DNA from: Octopus bimaculoides
Taxonomy: Eukaryota
Assembly: GCF_001194135.2 (NCBI RefSeq)
Contig: NC_068998.1
Location: 16,749,223 to 16,813,222, forward strand
DNA length: 64,000 nt
Direction: 5' to 3'
Shown: piece after piece, positions 41,450 to 54,200 of the stretch
Layout of the letters: the number at the start of each line of letters is the position of its first letter
Position numbering within the stretch: the first letter of the stretch is position 1
Translations under genes and position numbers: made by a program
The notes under the pieces: model-generated
The model's input: only the letters and a program-made list of their open reading frames with translations
Database searches by the model: none
What the model was told of the DNA's origin: nothing

Positions 41450-41580
41450 TTCTACAGCCTGGACTATGAAACCATCTCTTGCTTGACCACTTTTGAACAT
41501 CTGATCTATGTATGTCAGAGCAAACCAGGACATAGCTTTGAAAACTCTTCTTTTAATCCAAGTAACCGTGGTGTAAACTG
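41450..41580 (+). CDS. SZT2: SZT2 exon (FYSLDYETISCLTTFEHLIYVCQSKPG...)
   Basis: taatttcag|TTC ... AACTG|gtaagt; 131 nt, phase 0 to 2; resembles human [25 protein letters not shown]. Confidence 0.85.
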
Positions 41581-43485
41581 GTAAGTTATCCAAATCTCTT
41601 AATAGTAGCATTGACTTGGATTTTACAACTGGCAAGAGTACCATAAAACCTTGAGTATAGTCCGCCCTTTAGTATAATACGCAGGGGATTTTTAGGGAGC
41701 TGTACCTCTGAAAAACCTAAATCTTGTGTATAATACGCACCCCTTCTCTAACTTGAGTCAAGGAGGTCTAAATAACATCCTTGGTTTATAAACGTATATA
41801 CAGTAACGTCCTTTATTATTATTGTATATGTAACATAATGCAAACATGTAGCTTTTTTGTGCACTTTGTTGGCAGAAAATAAAGAAATAACAGTAATAAC
41901 GTCAGTGAAAAATAAATATTAAATTAATTGCCTTTACGTATTTATCACTTAGAAAATTTTGCTTAGAAAATATTTTTCATTTTTAACCTCGTATATAGTA
42001 CACACTAGAAATTTTGACCTTTAAATTTTGGGAAAAAAGTGCGGATTATACTCGAGGATTTACGGTATTTGAGTAGGACTTTGAAATTACCTCTAATAAT
42101 CCCTAGTCATTTTCAATTCAGGTTTAAGGTGGTGATCTGGCAAAATCAGTAGTGTATTGGAGAAAAAGATTTGCAATATTTCTTGCAGCTCTTTACATTC
42201 TGAGTTCAAATCCTGCCAAGGTGGACTTTGCTGTTTATCTTCTTTGGGTCAATAAAATAAAGTACCAGTCAGATTTTTTTTCTATTCAAGTTGGTAGAGT
42301 GTGATTTGAGGGAGATTTGGCTGCTATTTCTAACAGGTCGATGTGGTGACTAAGAGGCACCAACACAATATATTGTTATGATATTATGCTGATGTTGTCT
42401 AACTACAACCTCAGTTTATTATTAAGTTTTAATTAGACTTTGGTCAAGGTTTTAATTGAAATTTTAGAATTATTTTTTACTCTATTCAGAGTTATCCTTC
42501 CTTGGTATGTTTTGGTTACAGCTGGGACACATTTCATTAGTCTCAGCTCATTTGAAGCTGACCTAGGTCTAACACTTTATCACTTAAATTGGTTATATTC
42601 AGCCAAAATATTCTACCTTTTTTTTTTACGTTCAAGCTGGTCAGATGTGATCTCTGACACCTTGTTGGCACTCTGTCACTTACGACGTCGAGGGTTCCAG
42701 TTGATCTGATCAACGGAACAGCCTGCTCGTGAAATTAACGTGCAAGTGGCTGAGCACTCCACAGACACATGTACCCTTAACGTAGTTCTCGGGGGAGATT
42801 CAGCGTGACACAGTGTGACAAGGCTGACCCTTTCAATTACAGGCACAACAGAAATGGAAGTAAGAGTGAGAGAAAGTTGTGGTGAAAGAGTACAGCAGGG
42901 TTCGCCACCATCCCTTGCTGGAGCCTTGTGGAGCTTTAGGTGTTTTCACTCAATAAACACTCACAACGCCCGGTCTGGGAATCAAAACCGTGATCCTATG
43001 ACCGCGAGTCCACTACCCTAACCACTGGGACATTGCGCCTCCATGATCTCTGACACCAACCATACAATATCATTCTAAAAGCTAACAGTCATCTCATCAA
43101 AATCTCAAAGCTATGATATAATGCATGATTAATTCAAAATAATGTGAATAAATAAGCTTTACATTTGACAGAATATTGTGAAAGCTAAATGACAAGCAAC
43201 AACTACATCAGCAAAATAGTTGAAAAGCAGTCAGCCATGGTTTTTATTCTAACCCTATGAATTTTTTGACGATTGAAATTCCTAACTACTGTCTATGAAG
43301 TACAGATTTTTCTGACAACACTTGGATTAAATTCACTTTGAGCTTTCCTCACCATCTAATCCAGCTTATTTGGATTTATTACATTGCCCATCATAATCTT
43401 ACATAGTGTTTTTTAGAGGGAGGTTAGGAGCAAAACCCTATATCATTAAAGAGCTGGTTGAAGAAAGATTTTGCTAAATGACTAA

Positions 43486-43522
<37 letters not shown>

Positions 43523-45208
43523 ATGTTGGGTGTCCATAGCAGTATATTACTGTCAAGTTCTTGCTTATTTCTCTGGCATTGTCCTGCATAATCCATGTTT
43601 CTCTCTACTAACATTAGCAATTATAAAGATTGCTATTAAGTCATCTACAGAAATAACTAAACAAATGGAAAGAACATTATTTACATTTGATGGATATTTG
43701 TCCTCATCTTGTTTGTTGTTAACACAACGTTTCAGCTGATATACTCTCCAGCCTTCATCAGATGTCTTGGGGAAATTTTGAACCTAGTCTCAGGGTTGGT
43801 GTTAGAAGTGTTAAACACAAACTAGAAACTGGAAAAGCATGAATGGCAAAGTCAACATCTGAGAAAACTGGCTTTGAACTGAATACAATAGAGAAAGGTA
43901 GAGATTCTTTTCTAGGCAATGGTAACAAATCTTTTTTGTATCTGTTGACTTATAAAACAACTTTTTCACCTTAAATCAACCACCAAAATGTGGGTGGGCA
44001 TCTAATACTTAAAGTATATAGTCATCATTGTCATCATAATCTTCATTATCATCATCATCATCCGTCTGTTTTCTATGCTGGCATGGGTTAGATGGTTTCA
44101 CTGAAAACTGGTCTGCACCTTGAAGCATTTTTAGTTGAATGAATCGACCCCAGTACTTGTTTTGTTTTTCAAGCCTCATACTTATTCTATTGTTTGCTTT
44201 TGTGGAACTGTTAAGTTACGGGGTCATAAATACAACAACAGTTGTCAAGCAGTGGTGGAGGACATCCTGAAACTCAAAGACACACACACACACACACACA
44301 TATATGACACGCTTCTTTCAGTTTCCACCTACCAAATCTGCTTACAAGGCTTTGGTCAGCCCAAGGCTATAGTTGAAATCATTTGCTCAAGATGTATATA
44401 TGTATAATTTGTCTACTGTTTCTCTCTCTCTCTATTTTCTTTTATTTTTACATTTCTAGTTCTGGTTCAGAAAGGTTCCAGCCTAATGATCCAACAGAAG
44501 ATCCCTACTTGAATCTTTCAAATAATCATGTTTGCACAATTCCCTTCCCATACAATTTGCTGGTGCTTCTTCCACGTTGCCAACAAGCACAGTTGCTATT
44601 TTCTGCATATACTGTCAGTAAGTATAGTAGTTTATGTCATTAAGTAGTCTGTTTGTGTATGTGTGTGTATTTTCTAAGCAAGAATAGTATTGATAGTGAC
44701 TTCGAAGTTTCAGATAACTAAGCCATCATCAAACAGTTTGATGATGATTTAGCTGGCTGAAACTTTGAAGTCACTGTCAATGCTATTCTTGTTAAAGAAT
44801 AATAAATTTGTACTCTCTCAAATGTATTGAGTAATCCTTTAATTTAATGTGAAATTGTTATTATCACATACACACATACATATACAAAGTGAGAGAGAGA
44901 TAGAGAGGGAGAAAGCCATTTTAATTTCTCTGCAGTTTTCAATGTTACTCATTAGATTAGGATGTTAGTGGCTCAATATTCCACAGGCTGAGTACCCTTC
45001 AAGAGAGAATCAGCATGATAGTGTGTGAAAAGACTGATCTTTTGAATTAACTTGTTGGATAAGAAGTTTGCTTCCCATCCACAGTGTTCCAGGTTAGTTC
45101 CCAATGCATGGCACCTAGGGCAAGTGTCTTCTAATTTAGCCTTGGACTGATCAAAGATTTGTGAGTGGATTTGGTAGATGAAAACTGAAAGAAGCCTGTT
45201 GTGCATAT

Positions 45209-45240
<32 letters not shown>

Positions 45241-48200
45241 TTGTGTCTGTCTGTGTTTGATCCCCACTACTACTTGACAACCAGTGCTGGTGTATTTATG
45301 TCCCCCTAACTTAGTGGGTCAGCAAAAGAGACTGATAGGATAAGCACCAGGTCTTAAAAAAATAAAGTCCTAGGGTCAGTTCATTCGACTAAAATAAATT
45401 CTTCAAAGTGGTGCCCCAGCATGACCACAGTCTAATGACTGGAACAAGTAAAAGAAGATAAAAGTAGATAGACAAACAAACAGACAGACAGACAGTTATA
45501 TATGTAATTCCAAAGATTGGTCTTGCTACACACTGTTATACTGATTCTCTCTGGTTCTTGAAAATTATGTGAAGGCCTGTGGCTATGGTATAAAATGTCA
45601 TGCAATAAGATCAAACTGAGAACCTCATGATTATGAGATGAACGTTTTAACATTTGACTGCGCCCGTGTACATGTATCCACCACAAGGTGGATATCCTTG
45701 TCGCGCTGTGGTTTCTTATGTTGGGGCCTCCCTTGCCGGACCAGCCATAAGAGAGAGGCCAGACTAATATGAACCACCTCTTCCCAGGGGTAAAAATGAG
45801 TTTGCATAGGATCAGTACTGCAATCAGAATAAGGTAAATTTACAGAAGCTTTGATGACAGTTCAAAGACAACAAAACCAAGGAGAGGAAGTGCTTATGTG
45901 GTGCAGCACAATCTGAAAGGAAGCTGCAAGACCAACTCCCCATCTGGCCACCAGGACAGCCCAGAGGCAGGAACAGTGGAGAAAAGTTAACAATGGCCTA
46001 TGCTCTATAAGGAGTGAAGGGCTTAAGTAAGTAAGTAAACACACACACACATACACACACATCCATCCCCCCTCTCTCTCTCTCACTCTTGTACATTTGT
46101 TTCTGCATGTATGAATAATTGCAGTTGTTATGCAGTTATTTGTACAGCTGCTGTTTCTTCTTCAGAATTTCATATTTAATTTATGTATGTCTTAAAGCCC
46201 ACAGAATAGCTGTATGCATTTGAAGAAAAGAATGACTTGTCTCTGTTTTTGTGATGTTTTATTAACCTGAATAATGTTTATATGCTGTATACGTGGTGTG
46301 TTTAAGTGGTTAATTTCACAGACATTCTAGTCTTGACCATTCCAAATTTCAGACCTAGTCTCGCATTACATAATCACTTCCATAATCCTCGTCCATATGC
46401 ATCACGTCACCATACCAGTGCAGTCTTATTTCAGGTGCATGGCTCAGTGGTTAGAGCATTGGGCTCACAACCATAAGGTAGTGAGTTCAATTCCCAGACT
46501 GGGTTGTGTGTTGTGTTCTTGAGCAAGACACTTTATTTCACACTGCTTCAGTTCATTCAGCTGTAGAAATGATTTGCGACATCACTGGTGCCAAGTTGTG
46601 CCTTTTCCTTGGATAACATAAGTGACATGGAGAGGGGAGGCTGGTATGCATGGACGGCTACTGGTTTTCCTTAAACAGCCTTACCTGGACTTGTGCCTCA
46701 GAGAGGAACTTTCTAGGTGCAATCCCATGGTCATTCATGACTGAAGGGGATTTTTTACCTTCTTTCAGGCATCAGATGTAGTGTGTAAGAAAGAAAACTG
46801 TGCTGGTATTGTCATGTGATGCATATGGATGAGGACAGTTGAGTAAAGAAGTGATGATATCTATTTGTGGAGGGAACCTGTGCAAGAGGTAGACCCAGAA
46901 AGACATAGGACAAGGTGGTGAAATATGATCTTTGTATGTTGAGTCTCATGGAGGTGATGACAAGTGACCTAGACTTCTGGTGATTTGCTGTGCTTAGAAG
47001 ACCAAGCCTTGACCCAGCAGTGCATCTAGGATGTGATAGCTGGAAAGAAAGAGGTCTGTACCAAGCACTTGGTCAATATCCATTTCAGTTGAGTAGGCTG
47101 AAGCAATGTGTAATAAAGTGCCCTTGCTCAAAGACATAGTGCACTGCCTGCTCCAGGAACTGAACCTAGGAACTTATGGTCATGAGTGCGACACTCTAAC
47201 CAACCACCAGACCCCATACCTCCACAAAATCTTAGCTTCATCTGTTTTTTACTTTTTCCATACAGGGTTTGAGATACTTCTTGAGTGGGTGAATTCAGAT
47301 TCGAATGTAGGCAGAATTTCATCAGTGGCTGAGGGATCCCTACCCCTGACGCAGTAACCCCTTTTACTTTCTTCATTGTTTCCCCCTTTTGTCTGAAATT
47401 GTGGCTCAATGTCACATGTCAGTGACTGACTTGGCAAGAATTTTTTTTTTTCCCCTCACTACCTGGCCAGTGCCACATGAAAAGCATCTGTGCTGGTGCC
47501 ACATTAAAAGCCTCCAGTACACTCTGTTAAGCGGTTGGTGTTAGGAAGGGCTTCCAGCTGTAGAAACCATGCCAAAACAGACAAAATGGATCCTGGGCAG
47601 CTCTCCAACTGGCCAGCTCCTGTCAAACTGTCCAACTCATGCCAGCATGGAAAACAAACATTTAATGCTGCTGCTGCTGTTGATGATGATGATGATGACC
47701 TCCCCAATGCCAAAAGTGTGTAATTTGCATGCATACTACCATCCTATGTTCTGTTGCTGACATTTGACAGAGTAACCTGAAGTTAAATATTTCCGTACCT
47801 GAAATGTGTTGCTGAAAAGAATTCTGATTTTCCTGACCTAGTTGATATTAAAATGAAATTAAATGTGGTTAATAATTTCTGCTTTGTTTTCAGACCATTC
47901 TGTATATCCTGACAAAGAATGGAAAACACCAAACAATATTTTGTTTGAGATTTTTTTGGCCAAACTGAAAGCTTCTCATGGTAGAGAAATCAAACTCTCT
48001 CTGAAAGACTGTCAAGAATTTACAAAATCCTTGACAAAACGAAAAACTGAGAGAACTATGTCAGCTTCTTCTTTATTCAATGAAACACAGCATGAAGAAT
48101 CTGGTAAAGAAAGTTTTTTCGTTTTTATTTGTTTAATTGTTATTGTTTAGTTTCAGGTCAGCCTTAATAGTGCAAACCTATGGTTATAGACATTCCAGCA

Positions 48201-51200
48201 ATGACCATCCCATCTGTCTCCAAAAAAAAAAAAAAGTATCGAATGTGCTTCCTGAGCTGTAGGCTCATAATGCTGGTTTTCTGGATTTGGTGGCATATAT
48301 ATTCTCCCTGGATGGGACGCCTGTCTATCACAGGATTACTCATTTTTGACAGCTGAGAAGACTGGAGCAACATGGAATGAAGTGTTTTGCTCAAGAACAC
48401 AACACATTGCTTAGTCCAGGAATTGAAACCACAATCTTACAATCATGAGTGCAACATCCTAACCATTAAGCACATGCCTCCACTTTTGACCATCTGCCTG
48501 AGACTATATTATCAAATGGGCCCTTCCTTTTATTTTCTCTCAAATCTCAACAAAACTATTTCAGAGCAGAAATGTTCCTTAATATTTTCATTGAGAAATG
48601 AGGCAAGCTGGCAGAATGGTTAGCATACCAGGCAAAAAGCTTAGCAGAATTTCAGCTGTCCTTACATTCTGAGTTCAAATGCCACTAAGGTTGACTTTGT
48701 TTTTCATCCTTTTGGGCTTGTTAAAATAAGTACCAGTTCAGCACTGGGGTTGATTTAATTGATCCCCCCCCCAAAAAAAAACTTGCTGGCCTTGTGCCAA
48801 AATTTGAAATGAATATTTTCATTGAGAGATGTGGTAGAATAAAAGCAGTTAAGTACCAAACAATATGCTTTGAGAAGTTTAGATAGGAGGTTATGTCATT
48901 TAAAATGAATTCTAATATTTTTTTTTCAAATGCTTCCAATTTGTTGTTGCCGTTATTAATAATAATAATAATGATGGCAATGATGATGATGATGATAATG
49001 TCTCAATTCCTTTTAATTTTATATCTAATAAATATAATATATTTTATTGAAATTAAATGATACCAAAATATTTTTTTTTGTTTTTCATCTTCTATCTATC
49101 TAGATCCTTCTTGTGATAAGAAAACTAATCTAGGTGGACAGGAGGAAGTACCAAAAGATGCAGGTAATAAAGATTCAACGACTGGTAAGGATGGCTGCAA
49201 CAATGCTGCTCCAACCAAATGGTGTTGCTTCATTCAAGACATTAACCATTCACATATGTTCCTGATATTTGTCCCAGCATCTTTCGATGATTTGCTCACT
49301 CTGAAATCCAGCAGCTTCACTGAGACATTGCATGATAATCTAGAGATTGTTGCAGTAAAAGAGTGGGATTTAGATTGTCAAAAGTTACCTGATCAGTTAT
49401 CTGATGAGGTGCTATCAAATAAAGAAAGGCTTTCAAATGAGACCTTGTCAACAACAGAACTGGTAAATTCCATTTTTGTAATTTTTTTTGTTGTTATTAT
49501 TATTATTGAGGGTGCATGGTCTAGTGTTGTACTCATGATTGTAAGATCGTGGTTTCAATTCACAGATTGGGTGGTACATTGTGTTCTTGAGCAAAACACC
49601 TCATCTTACATTGCTCTGCAATTACTTTGACACCTGGCACACCGTGTACCTGTTCAGGTAACATCTAGATGTGCTGCTGGATCAAAGATGAGGAGGCTAA
49701 GAAAGTATCTAAGTCTGCTTATGACTACACTGGCACCTAAAGCAATTAGCATAAACATGGTACATGTCACCAAACATACTTTCTTGTGAATGGCAGCTGG
49801 CTGTTCTGTACTGTAAGCTGGTGCTTAGAACATAATGATAGAAAAGTTCTCGAGTATAATTATACTGGAAGGTTTTAATCTGTATATGAATGCCTTAAAA
49901 TGAGAGATTTTGTATTACAGAACTAGGAATAGCTTCAGGATCACTTCAGAGCTAGTTTCTTTATCTTATATTTAATTATATGATCCAGACAAGAGCACAG
50001 TATTATAGTGATAGAAAATGGACGGCATCAAACTGCTTCATTTACACAGATATATTCATCCTTGTAGATATTATTACTTTATGAAATGATGGAAATCATT
50101 ATTAGTGTTTTTGCTGTCCCTCTATCATTCTTTAACCTTTCATCACTTGGCATAAAGCCACCTACTTCAATAGTACTCCTCACTCAGCCGAGGAGTCTTG
50201 ATTTGTGAGTTACTGGGTGATCTCACTGATGCTAGTGCCATGTGAAAAAGCATCCAGTACCCTGTGTAAAGTGCTTGGAATTAAGAAGGGCATCCAGTCA
50301 CAGAAACCATGTCAGCATAGACATTAGAGCATAGCATTGTCCTTTGACTTGCCAGCTCCTGTTGAAACTATGTCATCATGAAAAATGAACATTAACCCTT
50401 TAGCATTTAAACTGGCCATATCTGGCCCAAATATGCCTCTTGTTTTAAGTTCAAACTGACTGGGTCTAGCCTCTCACACATACCCTACAATATCATCCTA
50501 AAAATAGACAATGACATTATTGAAATCTCAAAGCTATGAGACAATACTGGCACTGGTGCTCCGTTGGTTATGATGACAAGGGTTCCAGTTGATCCAATCA
50601 ACAGAACAGCCTGCTTGTGAGATTAACGTGCAAGTGGCTGAGCACTCCTAATTCTCAAGGAGATTCAGTGTGATATAGAATGTGACAAGGCTGGCCCTTT
50701 GAAATACAGGCACTACTCAATTTTGCCAGCTGAGTGGACTGGAGCAACGTGAAGTACAGTGTCTTTCTCAAGAGCACAACCAGGAATTGAACTCACAACC
50801 TTACAATTGTAAGCCAAATGCCCTAACCACTAAGCTATACACCTTTACAAGACAATACATGACTAATTCAAAGCAATATGAATAAATAAGCTTTACACTT
50901 GGCAGAGTAATTTGAACACTAAAGGGTTAAATGATGATGCAGATGATGATGATGATGACTCTATTCTTCTGTTATTCAACCAGCATCCTAATTATGTAGA
51001 CAATTATGTTACTATTGCATTATTTCAATAATTTCACATAAATTACTTACATCTTTTAAAATTAAAATATATATCATTTTTTTTTTTCTTTTTCCAAAGA
51101 ACCCTCAAAATATAAAGGGCCAAAATTTACCTCAAGGGATGAACCATTCTCCTTTACAGCCAACACAAATTCATTCTTTTCCACCACAATCCCCAGCACA

Positions 51201-54200
51201 AGTGGACTTTCCTTTATCTCCTTTAATAGAGCAGCCATCTTTGATTCAAACTTCAGAACAAGGAAAGACCTCGTTATCTCCTTCTCAGATAACTATTTCT
51301 TCAAACAAACCAAATGTTTCTCCATCTCAATTGCATGGTGGTTATTCTCAACCATTCCAACAACAAGTACCACCATTGTTATCCACTTTAAGACATGATA
51401 TTCCTTCAACAGAGCCACTCAGTGATATACCTACTTCAGTGCATCCTACTGCAGATAGTGCTTTTAATTTTCCTCCCGATGACATAAATTTAGAGTATGA
51501 TACTTCCATGTTCCAAAAGAAAGAAAACTTTGTGATTCCTGTCTACATCTATGATTGTGCTTTGTCAAGAATCACCGACTCCCTTGTTCACAAAAGTACT
51601 TTCACCCTACCTCCTGATATCTATGAGGACCATCAGTTCCTTGAAAATATTTTTCTAGGATGTGAGCCCTTCTCTAAAGTATTTAACAATTTAGACATCC
51701 ATGATGACAGCAGCGAGGGGGGTCGTCACAGCACGGCTTCTCTGGATCGACGTTCTAATGACAGCACTTCAGACTACCCTGGTGAATTCAAGAAACAGAA
51801 AGAGAAGATCATGGAAGTGTTTTATAGCAGCTATGTCACAGGTGAGTAGATTTACAAAAGGACAGATCTATATTATGTTTTCTAGGTAATGTCTGGAAAA
51901 TCAATTTTTTTAACAATAAATCTTTCTTTCACTTGCTTCACTCATTTGACTGCAGCCATGCTGGAGCACCACCTTGAAGGGTTTTAGTAAAATGAATTGA
52001 CCCCAGTACTTATTGTGTCAGTCACTTTTGCCAAACCTCTAAATTATAAGGGGATAAACAAACCAATACCAGTCGTTAAGTAGATTGAAGGAGACACACA
52101 CACACACTTTGCTTCTCCCAAATTGACTTACAAGACTTTGGTTGCCCCAAAGCTATAATTGAAGACACATGCCCAAGGTACCATGCAGTGAGACGACTTG
52201 AAACCTTGTGGTTGAGAAGTAAACTTCTTACTTCACAGCCACACCTGCACCTATTACATATTGGTTTCTTACATAGGCACAAGGTCTTCAATTGGAGAGC
52301 AGTCAATCATATTGTTACTAGTACTTGACTGATGTTTCCCAAATACTAGGTTTGACATAATTGACTGTTCCACTGGCTGTGTGGTTAAGATGTTTGCTTC
52401 CCAACCTTGTGGTTTTAGTTTCAATCCTACTGTGTGGAGTTGGCCAAAACTTTCTGAGTGGATTTGATGGACAGAAGCAGAAAGAAGCCCAGTGTGTGTG
52501 TGCGTGCGTGTGTTTATGTTTGTTTTTTTTTAAATCCATTTTCCCATGCTTGCACCAGATGAAATTTGCTGAGGCAAGTTTTCTATGGTTGGATGCCCTT
52601 CCTGTTGCCAACCTTCACCTGTTTCCAAGTAAAATAATATTTCCCCATGATCAGACATGTTTTTTCCTGGAATATTGGAAATGAAGGACAATGCTTGCTC
52701 AATGATGCCACAGATTTGCAAGTATCATGCGATGTAAAGACAAGAAAGCAGCAAAACACACACACACACANNNNNNNNNNNNNNNNNNNNNNNNNNNNNN
52801 NNNNNNNNNNNNNNNNNNNNNNNNNNNNNNNNNNNNNNNNNNNNNNNNNNNNNNNNNNNNNNNNNNNNNNNNNNNNNNNNNNNNNNNNNNNNNNNNNNNN
52901 NNNNNNNNNNNNNNNNNNNNNNNNNNNNNNNNNNNNNNNNNNNNNNNNNNNNNNNNNNNNNNNNAGATACTTCTAGTTTTAATTATAAAATAAAATAGCA
53001 TTCATAGAAGCAGGTATCAATATTTGTGGAATATTGCATTAGTAAAAGTCTGGAATTCATTTGTGAGTGAGACAGTCATTTATTATTTTCTCTCCTTAAC
53101 AAATCCCAAATGTCATGATATATTGTAGGAATTTTCCGAAATTTGACTGATCAGCACTACGTAGATAAAATGGACATGGATGCAGCTGTTAATATTTGCG
53201 ACGAATTGTTACCTATAGAAATAAACATTGTGAATTTCTTACATGCTACCTGTGGACATTTTCGACAAGCCATCACCAAGCTGAAACAGAATGCAGAGGA
53301 AGACAATTCATCTTTTTTAAGCACTGGTTCTCCACGTAAATCAGCAGTCCGATTTGCAGACAGCAGTGAAAGGTGAGCTCTATAAGGTTGTCAATTTTGT
53401 TTCCCTTTAACAAACATCATGATGTTAAAATGTGTAAGTACAATTTCTAGAATTTATGTATTTGGTGTAAAATATTGCATGTACCATCATCAACTTTTGA
53501 CGTCCGGTTTCCATGCCGGCATGGGCTGGATGGCATGACGGGAACTGGCAAGACTAAGGGCTGCACCAGGTTCCATAGTCTATTTTGTTTTGGTTCCTAA
53601 AGCTAGAACCCTTCCCAATGCCAACTGCTTTACTGAGTGTATTGGGTGCTTTTTATGTGGCACCAGCACCCACAACAATACTTTTCACATGGCACCTTGG
53701 TTTTAGGATCTCAATTCTATTGTGGTGGGCAGGTTTTCTTGAGTACAGCAATGCACCACATGGGGTGAAGAAATCCCATGGAGGTGGGATGCAGAGGGTT
53801 TGCAGATCAGTCCCTCTGCAGAGCTTGACATCATATTGGCCAGTAGGCAGAAGGCCATCAAGTTGGCTTTGGAGGTTGTGGATATGTTGTTTCAAGGTGG
53901 CTGTGGATCAGGACGTGCAAGTCTTGAAAGTGGCAGCGTTACCTAGGGTCGTGCTAACTAGACACAATCTGGGGCTTGATCAATGCCCTAACCAGGTTGG
54001 GTTGCCTGAGTGAAGGTGTCTCATGTTGAAAGACTTGGAACTCCTAATGATCTCCAGGAAACATTATTAACAATGTCTCCATTTGCATCACAGGATAATC
54101 TTTTATCAAATGACTGAAACAAGTAAAAGCTAAAATATCTTTTAGCCATTTCGGTCATTTGATTGTNNNNNNNNNNNNNNNNNNNNNNNNNNNNNNNNNN

